Counted from the stretch's first letter, positions 19,230 to 30,070 are shown. The stretch: 64,000 bases of DNA from an uncultured Gammaproteobacteria bacterium (GCA_963701455.1 CAVPAE010000007.1:223761-287760); one strand, 5' to 3'. Numbers and translations: made by a program. Notes: a model not told the origin generated them from the letters alone.

Positions 19230-20660
19230 TCAGAAATACGCGGCGTTAACCCACATGTGCGTCGCGATGCTGGCGGCATAACCCAGCGCGATCGCCGGCG
19301 TCCACTTCAGGTGACTGAAGAAGGTGTACTTGCCGCGCGCCTGCCCCATCAGTGCCACGCCGGCAGCCGAACCGATCGACAGCATGCTGCCACCCACACC
19401 GGCGGTCAGCGTGACCAGCAGCCACTGCCCGGTCGACATGTCAGGGTTCATGCTCAGCACCGCGAACATCACCGGGATGTTGTCCACGATGGCGGACATC
19501 ACGCCGACGGCGATGTTTGCATTCGTTGCACCCCAGCCGGTGTACATGGTTTCGGAAGCCATACCGAGATAGCCGATGAAACCCAGCCCGCCAACGCACA
19601 GCACCACGCCGTAGAAAAACAGCAGCGTGTCCCACTCGGCACGTGCGATGTGGTTGAAGATGTCGAATGGCACCACGTCGCCCATCTGGCCGTCGTGCTC
19701 GGCATCATCGGGATGACTCAGATCGCGCCCGGCCGTCTTCTTCAGGTAATAACCGAATACCTGCAGGAAACCCAGGCCGGTCAGCATGCCCAGCACCGGC
19801 GGCAGGCCGAGGAAGTTATGAAAGCTGACCGCTGTGGCGATAGTCAGCAGGAACAGGCCGATAACGCGCCGCGCCCCGCGTTGCAGGATCACGACTTCGC
19901 CACCCGCCTCCGGTTTGAGATCGGGCACTGCGAAGTGCATCAATGCGGCCGGCACCAGGAAATTGACCAGCGAGGGAATGAACAGCGCAAGGAATGTCCC
20001 GAAATCCACCATGCCCTTCTGCCAGACCATCAGCGTGGTGATATCGCCGAAGGGACTGAAGGCGCCGCCGGCGTTTGCGCCGACCACGATGTTGATGCAC
20101 GCCAGGCTGACAAACCGCAGGTTGTCCCCGCCGACTGCCATCACCACCGCGCACATCAGCAGTGCCGTGGTCAGGTTGTCCGCGATCGGTGAAATAAAGA
20201 AGGCCAGCAGGCCTGTCAGCCAGAACAGTTTGCGAAAACCGAATCCCTTGTAGATCAGCCAGGAACGCAGCGCGGTGAATACGCGCCGCTCATCCATGGT
20301 GTTGATGTAGGTCATGGCCACCAGCAGGAACAGCATCAGCTCCGCGTATTCCAGCAGGTTGTGGCGCATCGCGACTTCGGCTGTTTCCGACATGCCGTGG
20401 CTGCTATACAGCCAGCCAATCGCACCCCAGATCAGGCCCGCCGCGATGATCACCGGTTTTGACTTGCGCAGGTGAGTGAACTCCTCGGCCATGACCAGCA
20501 GGTATGCCAGCACAAATATCACCAGGGCGAATATGCCGACACCGTGACCGGTCAGGTCCAGCGTCTCGGCGGCAGCGCCTTCACTGGCCAGGACAACACC
20601 CGGCAACAAAACAACCAGCGGCAACCACAGGGCTGCCGTGTATTTCAGGAAATTGGGCAC
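19230..20660 (-). CDS. ArsB/NhaD-superfamily permease, NhaD-like Na+/H+ antiporter
   Basis: 476 aa, more than 10 TM helices, signal-like N-terminus. Size and topology are typical of NhaD. The family assignment comes from overall pattern only. Confidence 0.5.
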   Translation of the reverse strand: MPNFLKYTAALWLPLVVLLPGVVLASEGAAAETLDLTGHGVGIFALVIFVLAYLLVMAEEFTHLRKSKPVIIAAGLIWGAIGWLYSSHGMSETAEVAMRHNLLEYAELMLFLLVAMTYINTMDERRVFTALRSWLIYKGFGFRKLFWLTGLLAFFISPIADNLTTALLMCAVVMAVGGDNLRFVSLACINIVVGANAGGAFSPFGDITTLMVWQKGMVDFGTFLALFIPSLVNFLVPAALMHFAVPDLKPEAGGEVVILQRGARRVIGLFLLTIATAVSFHNFLGLPPVLGMLTGLGFLQVFGYYLKKTAGRDLSHPDDAEHDGQMGDVVPFDIFNHIARAEWDTLLFFYGVVLCVGGLGFIGYLGMASETMYTGWGATNANIAVGVMSAIVDNIPVMFAVLSMNPDMSTGQWLLVTLTAGVGGSMLSIGSAAGVALMGQARGKYTFFSHLKWTPAIALGYAASIATHMWVNAAYF

Positions 20661-20670
20661 GCAGGTCTCC

Positions 20671-22653
20671 TCAGAAAACCAGGTTGAGCATCAGTAGTGA
20701 CACCACCAGGAACAGCACCGTCATGATGCCGCCCGCTCGCAGAAAATCTGGCACGCGGTAGCCGCCAGGGCCCATGATAAGCGCATTTACCTGGTGCGTG
20801 GGAATCAGGAAGGAGTTCGAGGTGGCGATAGCGACCGTCAGCGCGAATATCGCCGGGTCGGCACCCACACCAATGGCAATGTTGACCGCCAGCGGCACCA
20901 GCAACACGGTGGCGCCGACGTTCGACATAACGAGAGTGAAGAAGGTTGCCAGCAGCGCGACGGCAGACTGGATCACCCACAACGGCATGTGGCCGACCAC
21001 GGCAAGCGTCTGCTCGGCAATCCACTTGGCGGTACCGGTGGTTTCCACGGCCAGGCCGAGCGGTATCAACGAGGCCAGCAGGAACACGGTCTTCCAGCTG
21101 ACCGCCTTGTAGGCCTCATCTATCGACAGCACGCCGGAGAGGATCATGCCCACGGCCCCGGTCAGCAGGGCAATCGACAGGCGGATATCGGTGAACAGCA
21201 CCAGGAACAGGGCAATGCCGAAAAACAGCCCGGCCCAGTAGACCTTTTTCGGGCGCATTTCCTCGTGCGGAAACTCGGTGGTGACCACCACGAAGTTGCG
21301 GTTCCGCTCCAGGCGCGCCAGTGCCTCCCAGGTCGTATGTACCACCAGGGTATCACCGGCCTGCAGCGGCAGGTCGCGGATGCCGTCACCCTCGCGCAGT
21401 GTTTCGGCATTGCGGTGCAGCGCGACCATGGCGATGCCGTAAGTCTTGCGCAGCCAGACGTCCCGGGCGCTCTTGCCCACGAGACTGGAACCGGGTGGAA
21501 TGACCACCTCGGCAATACCGGAGCGGGTGGCTGACAGCGCCTCGGTGAAGGTCTCGATGTCCCTGCGCAGTTGCAGGCCGTAGTGCTCGACAAAGGCCTT
21601 CAGGTTGTAGGGCGCCGCCAGGATACCCAGTACGGTGCCGGGTTCGATGCCGACATCACGTGCCAGGCTGCCCGGTCCGACGCACATTTCCTCGTGACAC
21701 AGCGCTGCGATCACGCGGATGCGCTCCTGCTGCTCGACATCATCCAGGTTCTTGCCCACCAGGCTGCTGTCCGCAGGCACTACCACCTCGAACAGGCTGT
21801 AGTTCAGGCCGTAAACGTCCTGGAAGTACTGCATGGTGTTGGCGGAAGTGGTGCCGTCGCCGCGCACGTCGCGGGGCAGTACAAAGCGGCCCGCCAGGAC
21901 GAAATAGAGGATACCGGTGGCCACCAGCGCCAGCCCGATCGGGGTCACCGAGAACAGTGACCAGGCATCCATGTGCTGCCCGGCCGGCAGTGCCTTGTTG
22001 GATGTCAGCATCAGGTCGTTCAGCAGAATCAGCGGACTGGAACCGACCATGGTGACCGTGCCGCCGAGGATGGCGCAGAAGCCCATGGGCATGAGCAGAC
22101 GCGACATCGGCAGACCGGAGCGCGCCGAGATGCGGCTGACCACCGGCAGAAACAGCGCGGCCGCTCCCACGTTCTGCATGAAACTGGAAATAATGCCGAC
22201 CGTACTGGAGATAATCGGGATGATGCGCTTCTCGCTGGTCCCGCCCACTCTCAGGATAAAGCCGGCGACCTTGCTCATGATGCCGGTCTTGTCGAGGCCG
22301 GCGCCAATGATCATGACGGCGATAATCGACATGACCGCGTTACTGGAAAAGCCGTCGAACAGGTGTTTGGTATCCACCAGCCCCTGCTCCAGCCCCATCC
22401 AGGGCGCCAGCAACGAGGATAGCCCCAGCAGCACCATGATCGTGACTGCAGCCAGGTCCACACTGACGACTTCAAAGGCAAACAGGTAAATGGTCAGCAG
22501 CAGCATGGCCGTGACCCAGGCGATTTCTATACTGGGCACCAGGGTCGAAAGGTACAGCGCGACCAGGACGAATATCACGGGGGCAACCCATAACTTGGGC
22601 CCCGAGAGTCGGGTCGGCGCGATCACGCTCTCTTCATCAGCTAATGTTGTCAC
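20671..22653 (-). CDS. SLC13/DASS-family anion transporter with two central TrkA-C domains
   Basis: Two TrkA_C-like segments (VVVPADSSLVGKNLDDV... and VVIPPGSSLVGKSARDV...) sit between two polytopic permease halves. Confidence 0.8.
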   Translation of the reverse strand: MTTLADEESVIAPTRLSGPKLWVAPVIFVLVALYLSTLVPSIEIAWVTAMLLLTIYLFAFEVVSVDLAAVTIMVLLGLSSLLAPWMGLEQGLVDTKHLFDGFSSNAVMSIIAVMIIGAGLDKTGIMSKVAGFILRVGGTSEKRIIPIISSTVGIISSFMQNVGAAALFLPVVSRISARSGLPMSRLLMPMGFCAILGGTVTMVGSSPLILLNDLMLTSNKALPAGQHMDAWSLFSVTPIGLALVATGILYFVLAGRFVLPRDVRGDGTTSANTMQYFQDVYGLNYSLFEVVVPADSSLVGKNLDDVEQQERIRVIAALCHEEMCVGPGSLARDVGIEPGTVLGILAAPYNLKAFVEHYGLQLRRDIETFTEALSATRSGIAEVVIPPGSSLVGKSARDVWLRKTYGIAMVALHRNAETLREGDGIRDLPLQAGDTLVVHTTWEALARLERNRNFVVVTTEFPHEEMRPKKVYWAGLFFGIALFLVLFTDIRLSIALLTGAVGMILSGVLSIDEAYKAVSWKTVFLLASLIPLGLAVETTGTAKWIAEQTLAVVGHMPLWVIQSAVALLATFFTLVMSNVGATVLLVPLAVNIAIGVGADPAIFALTVAIATSNSFLIPTHQVNALIMGPGGYRVPDFLRAGGIMTVLFLVVSLLMLNLVF

Positions 22654-22721
22654 GATGTCTGTCTCCTCAATTCAAGTTCCAGAAAATTCTTTAGCCGTCA
22701 GCAGCAACCCGCCAGACTGCG

Positions 22722-23270
22722 TCACATCGCACCGGCGGCAGCCAGCCGCTGCTCCGGTTTGTTTCCCACCAGTACCAGTGGCACGGGCAGATACTTGCGG
22801 CGTGTCGGCGGCGCTTCCTCGACCATCTCCGCGATGTCCGGATCATCCAGCGCGGCCACCATGTAGATCAGTGAGTGCTTCTGCCCTGCATAGTCAGCAA
22901 TCCCGCTGGCAACCGGGCCGGACAGGTAGATGGACTGAAATGCCACACCGGCACGCTGCACCGCGGCTTCCAGCTGCACCATCCGCTCCCGGCTGGACGG
23001 CCCACTCAGCAGCAGGTCCAGATGTGCTCCAAGGCGCTGGCAGGACTGGAGCGCATGTGCAAACGCGGCTTCCGTCGATCCCTTGTTGATGACAACGGCG
23101 ACGCGCCCGGGAGTCGCATGTGGTACAGCAGTCGTTGCAGCCACTGGTGAACCCGCCTGACCAGGACGGCCTATTTTCCGCAGTTTCTCGTCCATTGAGA
23201 GGTAATCACCGCCATCCTGAAAGGCAAGGCCGTCCAGCATACGTTTCAGATCTTCGGTCAGTTTTTTCAT
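22722..23270 (-). CDS. hypothetical protein
   Basis: ORF starting MKKLTEDLKRML. Same strand as, and upstream of, the SLC13 and NhaD-like transporters. Confidence 0.35.
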   Translation of the reverse strand: MKKLTEDLKRMLDGLAFQDGGDYLSMDEKLRKIGRPGQAGSPVAATTAVPHATPGRVAVVINKGSTEAAFAHALQSCQRLGAHLDLLLSGPSSRERMVQLEAAVQRAGVAFQSIYLSGPVASGIADYAGQKHSLIYMVAALDDPDIAEMVEEAPPTRRKYLPVPLVLVGNKPEQRLAAAGAM

Positions 23271-23519
23271 CGAACCACGCACTCCTGAGTATCACTGACC
23301 AAATTGAGTGCAAGCCTTATGCCAATAAAACAGGCTTGTAAGCTATTGATAAATAATAGCGTATAAGCAGTCCCTCATGAATCGCATGTTTCGTATTGCA
23401 ACAAACCGCATCCGGAGCTATATAAGCACTGCAGTATATACTGATTTGAGCGTATTTCCAGCGTGCGTTACACTATGCAACGCAATTTTGCAAATTGAAA
23501 CGCTCCAGCCAGTCCCGCC

Positions 23520-24989
23520 ATGCCCAGCCTCAGAGGCAAGATCCGTCTCGCCTACTCCAGCCTCGCGATCATCGTGATCACGCTCTGCGGGATTGCGGTC
23601 TTTGAGCTGATATTCCTGGAGCGCCAGGTACACGAGGGCGTGGCGGTCTCGGACCTGAACAACGCCGTGCTGGAAATGCGCCGCCAGGAGAAGAACCTGT
23701 TTCTTTATAAAGACCCCGACGCGCTGACGGATGCCGAGATGCATGCCGGGGCGGCCCTGGAAATCCTGCGCAGTGAACAGTCGGTATTGACCACTGTCTC
23801 GACCACCCACCTGCTGGCGAGCCTTGCGGACTCCATTGAGGCGTATCGCAGCATGCTTGGCGACTGGCGTACGGAGCAGGTGCCCCGCCACGACCTCGAA
23901 ACCGGACTGCGGGAACAGGGACAACAGATATCTTCCCTGGTAGACGGTATCGCTCGCAGCGAACGACTGGTGCTTGCCAGGGCGGTTCGCCAGTCCCGCG
24001 GGTGGCTGCTGCTCTCGATCGTGGTTGTCGGCGTGCTGGTGTTCCTGGTCGGCAGACACCTCGCCCTTGCCGTGGTCACCCCGCTGCGGCGCCTGGAACT
24101 GAACCTGGCACCGATCGCCGCCGGACGCTTCGACCACCTGGAGGCAGGCTCCAGCGACCGCGAGTTCGTTGCCTTTGCCGAGGCATTCAACCGCATGCTG
24201 CGGGAACTGGATACCCGCCGTCGCCGCATGCACCAGTCGGAAAAGCTGGCCTCCCTGGGTGTGCTGGTCGCGGGCGTGGCCCACGAGCTGAACAATCCCC
24301 TGGCCAACATTTCCTCATCCTGCCAACTACTGCTGGAGGAACTGGAGTCAGCCCACCCGGAACAACTCGCCACCTGGCTGCAACAAATCGACGGCGAAAC
24401 CGAACGCGCCCGGCGGATTGTGCTGGCACTGCTGGAATTCGGCAGGCAGCGCGAGCTGAACCTGGAACCCGTGCGCCTGGTGGACCTGTTCGAGAAGACG
24501 CGCATGCTGCTGGGCAACAACCTGCGCAGCAGCGCGGCACACCTCGAAATCGATGTACCCGACGACCTCGTGGTGCACGCGGACCCGCACCGCCTGCAGC
24601 AGGTCTTCATCAACTTGCTGCGCAATGCCCTGGATGCCGGCGGCGAGGGTGTGCAGATCCGCATCCTCGCCAGTGACTGCAACATTGCACACACCACGCT
24701 GCCTGCCGATGCCCAGGTGCTCGGCGAAGCGGACTGCACCCTGTCCGGCGACCGCTCCTGCGCCGAGATCCTGGTCGAGGACAACGGGCCCGGCATTCCC
24801 GCCGCGGTACTGCCGCAGGTCTTCGACCCGTTCTTCACCACCCGGGAACCCGGCAAGGGCATGGGCCTTGGCATGTACATCATTCAGGAAATCATTCTGG
24901 AACACGGCGGCTGCATCGCGGTCAACACGCGTCCCGCCAGCGGCACCCGCGTCACCATCCGGCTGCCACGCAAGGAGCGACAGACATGA
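23520..24989 (+). CDS. sensor histidine kinase (NtrB-like; TM, HAMP, HisKA, HATPase_c)
   Basis: H-box AHELNNPL, then N, G1 (DNGPGI) and G2 (GKGMGLGM) boxes. The stop overlaps the regulator start as ATGA at 24986-24989. Confidence 0.9.
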   Translation: MPSLRGKIRLAYSSLAIIVITLCGIAVFELIFLERQVHEGVAVSDLNNAVLEMRRQEKNLFLYKDPDALTDAEMHAGAALEILRSEQSVLTTVSTTHLLASLADSIEAYRSMLGDWRTEQVPRHDLETGLREQGQQISSLVDGIARSERLVLARAVRQSRGWLLLSIVVVGVLVFLVGRHLALAVVTPLRRLELNLAPIAAGRFDHLEAGSSDREFVAFAEAFNRMLRELDTRRRRMHQSEKLASLGVLVAGVAHELNNPLANISSSCQLLLEELESAHPEQLATWLQQIDGETERARRIVLALLEFGRQRELNLEPVRLVDLFEKTRMLLGNNLRSSAAHLEIDVPDDLVVHADPHRLQQVFINLLRNALDAGGEGVQIRILASDCNIAHTTLPADAQVLGEADCTLSGDRSCAEILVEDNGPGIPAAVLPQVFDPFFTTREPGKGMGLGMYIIQEIILEHGGCIAVNTRPASGTRVTIRLPRKERQT

Positions 24990-26356
24990 GTATCGATACC
25001 GGCAGCGGCGGCAGCCTGCTGATCGTCGATGACGAGGCAGTCGCCGTAGAAAACCTGGCCCATGCTTTTCGCAAGGCCGGTTACACGGTAACAACGCGCA
25101 CCACCGGCCCCGGCGGCATCGAGGCACTGGAAAATAACCGCTTCGACGTGGTGCTGACCGACGTGCGCATGGAACATATCGACGGCATGGCAATCCTGAA
25201 CCGCGCCCTGGAACTCGATCCGGATGCCGCGGTGGTACTGATCACCGGTCACGCCACCCTGGGCTCAGCGGTTGCCGCCATGCGCGCCGGCGCCTACCAC
25301 TACATCGCCAAGCCGTTTCGCCTGGACGAGGTCCGCAAGGTCGTCGCCAACGCCATGGAACGTGCACACCTGCGGCGTGAAAACCGGCAACTGCGCCACC
25401 AGGTGAATGACAGCCACAGTGGAACCCGCATCATCACCCAGGATGCCTCCATGCAACGACTGCTGGAGACGGCACGGCAGATTGCACCCACCGACTGCAA
25501 CGTCCTCATCGCCGGTGAAAGCGGCACCGGCAAGGAACTGCTCGCGCGCTATATCCACCTGCAAAGTGGACGCGCGGAAAAACCGTTCCTTGCCATCAAC
25601 TGCGGCGCCCTGCAGGAGGAATTGCTTGCCAATGAACTGTTCGGCCACGAGAAAGGTGCATTCACCGGCGCTGGCGAGAAACGCACCGGCCTGATCGAGG
25701 CCGCAGACGGCGGCACCCTGCTGCTGGACGAAATCGGCGACATGTCGCTGGCCATGCAGGTCAAGCTGTTGCGCGTGCTCCAGGAACGCGAAGTCCTGCA
25801 CCTCGGCAGCACCCGGCCGGTGCCGGTCGATGTGCGTTTTCTTGCCGCGACCAATCGCGACCTGCGCAACGAGGTCGATGCGGGACGTTTCCGCCACGAC
25901 CTCTACTTCCGCCTCGACGTCGTAACACTGGAACTACCGCCGCTGGCCGAGCGGCGCGACGATATCCCCCTGCTCGCCTACTATTTCCTCAAGAAAGTTG
26001 CGCATCGCATGGGACGGCCCGTGGCGGATATCGAACCCGAGGCCATGTCCCTGCTGCGCGACTATGACTACCCGGGAAACGTCCGCGAACTGGAAAATGT
26101 GATCGAACGCGGCGTAGCCCTGGCCACCGGTCGCAAACTTACACCCACGCAGCTGCCCCCGTCACTGGTAGACCAGGCGGTGCACGTCGTGCGCACCACA
26201 GGAGACCAGCTGCCCACACTGGAAGAGCGGGAGACGCAATATATTCGCTGGGTGCTGAAACGCACCGGCGGCAATCGCACCAGGGCGGCGGAAATCCTCG
26301 GAATCGACCGCGTGTCACTGTGGAGAAAGCTGAAAAACCTCGATACCACCGAGTAA
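24986..26356 (+). CDS. sigma-54-dependent response regulator (NtrC family: REC, AAA+, HTH)
   Basis: Receiver Asp region VVLTDVRM. Walker [15 protein letters not shown] motif present. C-terminal HTH. Confidence 0.9.
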   Translation: MSIDTGSGGSLLIVDDEAVAVENLAHAFRKAGYTVTTRTTGPGGIEALENNRFDVVLTDVRMEHIDGMAILNRALELDPDAAVVLITGHATLGSAVAAMRAGAYHYIAKPFRLDEVRKVVANAMERAHLRRENRQLRHQVNDSHSGTRIITQDASMQRLLETARQIAPTDCNVLIAGESGTGKELLARYIHLQSGRAEKPFLAINCGALQEELLANELFGHEKGAFTGAGEKRTGLIEAADGGTLLLDEIGDMSLAMQVKLLRVLQEREVLHLGSTRPVPVDVRFLAATNRDLRNEVDAGRFRHDLYFRLDVVTLELPPLAERRDDIPLLAYYFLKKVAHRMGRPVADIEPEAMSLLRDYDYPGNVRELENVIERGVALATGRKLTPTQLPPSLVDQAVHVVRTTGDQLPTLEERETQYIRWVLKRTGGNRTRAAEILGIDRVSLWRKLKNLDTTE

Positions 26357-26763
26357 ACCCGACAGTTGCATAAATTTCGGCCTGACAATTCATTTCACCC
26401 CCCTGATTTACAGGATGCAATGACTATTTCATGCTATTTCCGGAATTCACACCTGGCGAGCTTCTGGTCCGATCTTGCAGGAGCACCGTGAATACTCCAC
26501 CAGCTAAAGCCGGTGGCTTCGGGTTACGGCTAAAAGCCGGATTGATCGGCCCTTCGGCCGATTGCCTCGATATCCACCGCCGATGGCATTCCACGCTCCC
26601 TGTGCACTGCTCTCGCCGATACACGATCTACTGACCTCGTCATTGCGGCGCAGGCCGCAATCCAGATTCACCCGTGGACTGATTTCTCTGGATGCCGGCC
26701 TGCGCCGGCATGACGACTTTCCGTCTGAAGGCGGGGGGGGTGTACTGATCCCCTGTTCGAGAC

Positions 26764-26831
26764 TCTAAAGGGCATAAACGGTTTTCATGCGCGAATCACG
26801 GCTGTAAGCCGTTTATGCCCTTTAGGGTGCT
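26764..26831. other. perfect 17-bp inverted repeat (ctaaagggcataaacgg ... ccgtttatgccctttag) with 33-nt loop, within a 580-bp structured non-coding gap
   Basis: Read directly from the sequence. Additional hairpins at 26644-26661 (ttgcggc gcag gccgcaa) and 26693-26712 (atgccggc ctgc gccggcat). Confidence 0.7.
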
Positions 26832-26937
26832 CCTACAGCAAGAATTTTTGCAATGATCGGGTAAAGTCTACCCCGACAATCTCGCGACAGAGTGTCAATC
26901 AGCGGCCGAATCACGCGCCAGGCGTAACCCCGGACAC

Positions 26938-28553
26938 TCAGAAGTCAGCCCGGTAGCCCAGGTTAATAAAATAGCTGTTGCTCTCTTCAGAGCCATCAAC
27001 AATTTCGCGGTCCGAATATTCCCCCCCGATTTCGGCTTCCAGGCGCAGCCTGCGCTTGATCCGATAGTCCAGCCGCAGTGACGGGCGGTAGGTGATCTGG
27101 TCCGTGCCGTCATCCCGGTTATTGCTGTAATCCATTCTGAAGCGTGGGTTGACCCGAAATTCACTGGTGACGGGATATCGCGTATTTAAATTCAGGGAAT
27201 AGATATCCCTGTTGCCCGCATCGGAATAACGCAGACCTGCTATCGTAATATCACCCGGCTTTACCAGATTGCTTCCGACGAGTTGCAGGTTGTAAACAAA
27301 ATCGGTGCCTGTTCCATCCGTCGCCGCAACACCACCTGAAGCGCTGGTACCAGAAAGGTTAAATGCCGTGACATCACCGCTTACCTGCAGTTTTTCGGTT
27401 ATTGGATGCGACACGCCCAGGGTCGCAAGCTTGCTGGTTGCCGTGCGATCACGCGCCAGATCCTGAATTTCACTGGCTGCAAGGCTGTTCTGCAGCTCAT
27501 CGATTGAGCTGACAGCCTGGCCCACCAGCGCATTCCGGCTCGTAAGGATCGGACTCCTTCTGTAATCTGCGACCACGTTGACCGTGGTCTTGTCCGAGAA
27601 TGTCCAGTTCCCGAGCAGCTGCCCGATATTCAGTTCGTTGTAATGTATGTCGTAGTCGACGAGACTGAAAAACGAACGAGCGGCGTCAAAATATCTGAGC
27701 TCACCACCAACCGCACGACGATCTGTGATTCCATCCACCTGCTGCTCGATAACAAAGGCATTTGCATCCCACCCCTTCGCAAACCCTTCAGTCTCGAGAG
27801 TCAACCCATAGAAGTATCTGTCCGTACCTTCGAAAGCATCAGTCGATGATTCTACCGGGAATCCGCCAACCGCACTCACCGAGAACTTTTTGCCCAAAGG
27901 GACCCCCAGCAACAGGCCGTCAAAGCGCCCCAATACTCCTCCGGTACTGCGGGACTGTCGTCCGATTCGCATGGACATGTCGCTCTGTGTTGAGCTGGCA
28001 TCAAAGTACAGTCGAACTCACAGTGGTATCAGTGTTAGCACCGTCATCAATAAAGTCATGCAAATAGCCACCGGTAAAGCGGGCCTGTAGATTGTAGTCG
28101 CTACCGCGCAGCCGGGCAGTGACATCCATATTGCTGTCCAGAGATGACTGGGTCAGCGTCGTGAGTTCATTGTCATCATCAATATTGGTTGTATTCTCAT
28201 TACGCCGGTAGTACTGGGAAACTCCACCGAACACATCCCACTGCGACTCCGCTTCATTACGCGACTTGCTCCGGGTTGTGCCCAGTTTCTCCCTGGGCTG
28301 TTTTCTGGCAGTCATCAGGGCCGCAAAACGTTGTTTGACACGTTCAGCACCCTCTCCTTCCGGGTAACGCTCAAGATAAGTCCTGTATACCAGTTCTCGC
28401 CTGCGCCAGCTGGTCGTTGCGTTCACGGGCCAGTCCCAGGTATTCCAGGGAATCCTGGCTGTACTGGTTATCGGGCTGCTCCAGAATCTTGGTATATAGC
28501 CTGATTGCCCCGGCATAGTCCTTGTCGGTCATATTGTTACGCGCCTCCTGCAC
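26938..28553 (-). pseudogene. TPR-domain + outer-membrane beta-barrel protein, interrupted by at least 2 frameshifts (may merge with the upstream SPOR-like ORF)
   Basis: C-terminus ends ...GYRADF, an aromatic terminal residue typical of OM beta-barrels. Alternating beta-strand pattern throughout 26938-28516. A one-base shift near 28003-28020 joins ...SSTVL to FDASSTQSDMSMRIG.... A shift near 28385 joins ...LGLARERNDQLAQAR to RELVYRTYLERYPEG... (TPR). Confidence 0.55.
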
Positions 28554-29572
28554 CAGGGAAGCAAGTCGCTCCGGCGTGACAACATTGCCCGCAGCAACTT
28601 CACGCGGAACAACGACTGCAGACGCGTAGTCGCCTCTGGTTGGGCTGTTGTGCCCGCACCGGATCCGGACAGGTTACCGGCGAGCATGGATTCACCGGAA
28701 CGGGTCCTTTCTGCTACTGATGCTTTGGCAACCCAGGAATCCGGGTAATAGGCCTTGAGTTCTTCCCTGACAATATCTGCTTGCTGCACCTTCCTGAAAA
28801 ACCCGAATCGCAGCCGGTACCATGTCTTGCCGTCCTTGACAAAGGTGGTGGTGTAAACGCGATATGCCTGGGATTCACCAGGATCTGGCAAATCCATGAA
28901 TACTTCCGGATCAGGCAAATCATTTACCTCGAACGGCGTGACTGATGAGGCCAGATTAATAACATAAGGATAGAGCGTGGCAGTGGTCGCCGCCTCCACC
29001 GGGACTTCCGTATTGGCAGCAGTCGCTTCAGTCATGATCGCGACAGGTGTTGTCGAATCGCTATCAGGCCGGTTTCCCGGCCCCGCGTGAAGTACGTCTT
29101 CCACTGCAGACGCACCCGGATTTCCCCTGCTTTGCGGATGCTTTACAACTACATCGATGGTCCTGAAATCTCCTGAACGAGGTATCTCGAATTCCACCTC
29201 CTTCTGAAAGCGCAAGGTAATGCTTGTATTCGCGAATCCGGCGCCTTCGTAGGTCACGTCGTACAATGGCATATCTCTGTCCGGACTCCACTGTATCGTC
29301 TGCTCCCCCAGCAATGTATCCCCGGCAGAGCCGAGTGACGGGGCCGGTTCCACAAAGATGCGCAGCAGATCACCGGATCGTTCCGGCGCATGTGATTTGT
29401 AGCTCACCGGAATGGTAAGCCTGATATGGATAGTCGACTGATCCCGGCCAGGTGTGATATCGATGCTGTCGATAACATCAATGGCGGCCTGCGCTCCCGT
29501 AGTAACCGGCACACAACATATAACGCATAACAGCCGCGCGAACCTCGCCATGCCGTGAAATATATTTTTCAT
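28529..29572 (-). CDS. periplasmic protein with SPOR-like domain; 3' end uncertain (probable frameshift into TPR frame near 28640-28680)
   Basis: Signal peptide MKNIFHGMARFARLLCVICCVPVTTGAQA. SPOR-like segment KTWYRLRFGFFRKVQQADIVREELKAYYPDSWV. The alternative frame past 28680 reads protein-like (...VVVPREVAAGNVVTPERLASLVQEARNNMTDKDYAG...). Confidence 0.5.
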   Translation of the reverse strand: MKNIFHGMARFARLLCVICCVPVTTGAQAAIDVIDSIDITPGRDQSTIHIRLTIPVSYKSHAPERSGDLLRIFVEPAPSLGSAGDTLLGEQTIQWSPDRDMPLYDVTYEGAGFANTSITLRFQKEVEFEIPRSGDFRTIDVVVKHPQSRGNPGASAVEDVLHAGPGNRPDSDSTTPVAIMTEATAANTEVPVEAATTATLYPYVINLASSVTPFEVNDLPDPEVFMDLPDPGESQAYRVYTTTFVKDGKTWYRLRFGFFRKVQQADIVREELKAYYPDSWVAKASVAERTRSGESMLAGNLSGSGAGTTAQPEATTRLQSLFRVKLLRAMLSRRSDLLPWCRRRVTI

Positions 29573-30060
29573 TCGCTGACAGGGTCCACAACCGGTTGCT
29601 GCTGGACTTCCGGCGCAACCTCGTCCACATAAACCACGATACTGCGAGAATCCCTGCCCTGTTCCACCCAGAAATCGACACAACGATTGAAGAACAGGGT
29701 CAGATACGGACCACCTTCGATATCTCCCTCATAAACCACCTCGTCGAGCGGCAGGTTTTCATAGTCGAAGGGAACGAGAGTTTCCCGCTTGTGCAAGGCA
29801 TTCAGGTCATCCGCGCTGATCCCAAAAGGCCTGATCCTGATACGCAGTTCCTTGCCAGACTCATACGGGAAGTGGCTGTCATACCTTACCCGCGTTGTCA
29901 GACTGACCTGCACTGTCGTCACAGCATCGGTCTCGTACACATCCAGGGTATCGAGTATTTTCTTTCTGACCGGCTCGGAATCCACCAGCTGCGTGAATAG
30001 GAGCACGCCAAGCGCCAGCAAGATTCCGGCTCGTGCTTTTCGTCCAGGCATCTGCATCAC
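29569..30060 (-). CDS. secreted hypothetical protein (163 aa)
   Basis: Signal peptide (MMQMPGRKARAGILLALGVLLFT). Its stop overlaps the downstream start as ATGA at 29569-29572. Confidence 0.5.
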   Translation of the reverse strand: MMQMPGRKARAGILLALGVLLFTQLVDSEPVRKKILDTLDVYETDAVTTVQVSLTTRVRYDSHFPYESGKELRIRIRPFGISADDLNALHKRETLVPFDYENLPLDEVVYEGDIEGGPYLTLFFNRCVDFWVEQGRDSRSIVVYVDEVAPEVQQQPVVDPVSE

Positions 30061-30070
30061 TGCACCTCCG

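Noticed and set aside
23418-24883. 288-aa and 392-aa minus-strand ORFs
   Set aside because: Antisense to the histidine kinase, which has clear H, N and G boxes on the + strand.
26460-26480. Possible sigma-54 promoter cTGGTCC-N4-TTGCA
   Set aside because: The GG/GC spacing is one base short and the -24 element is degenerate (TGGTCC, not TGGCAC).
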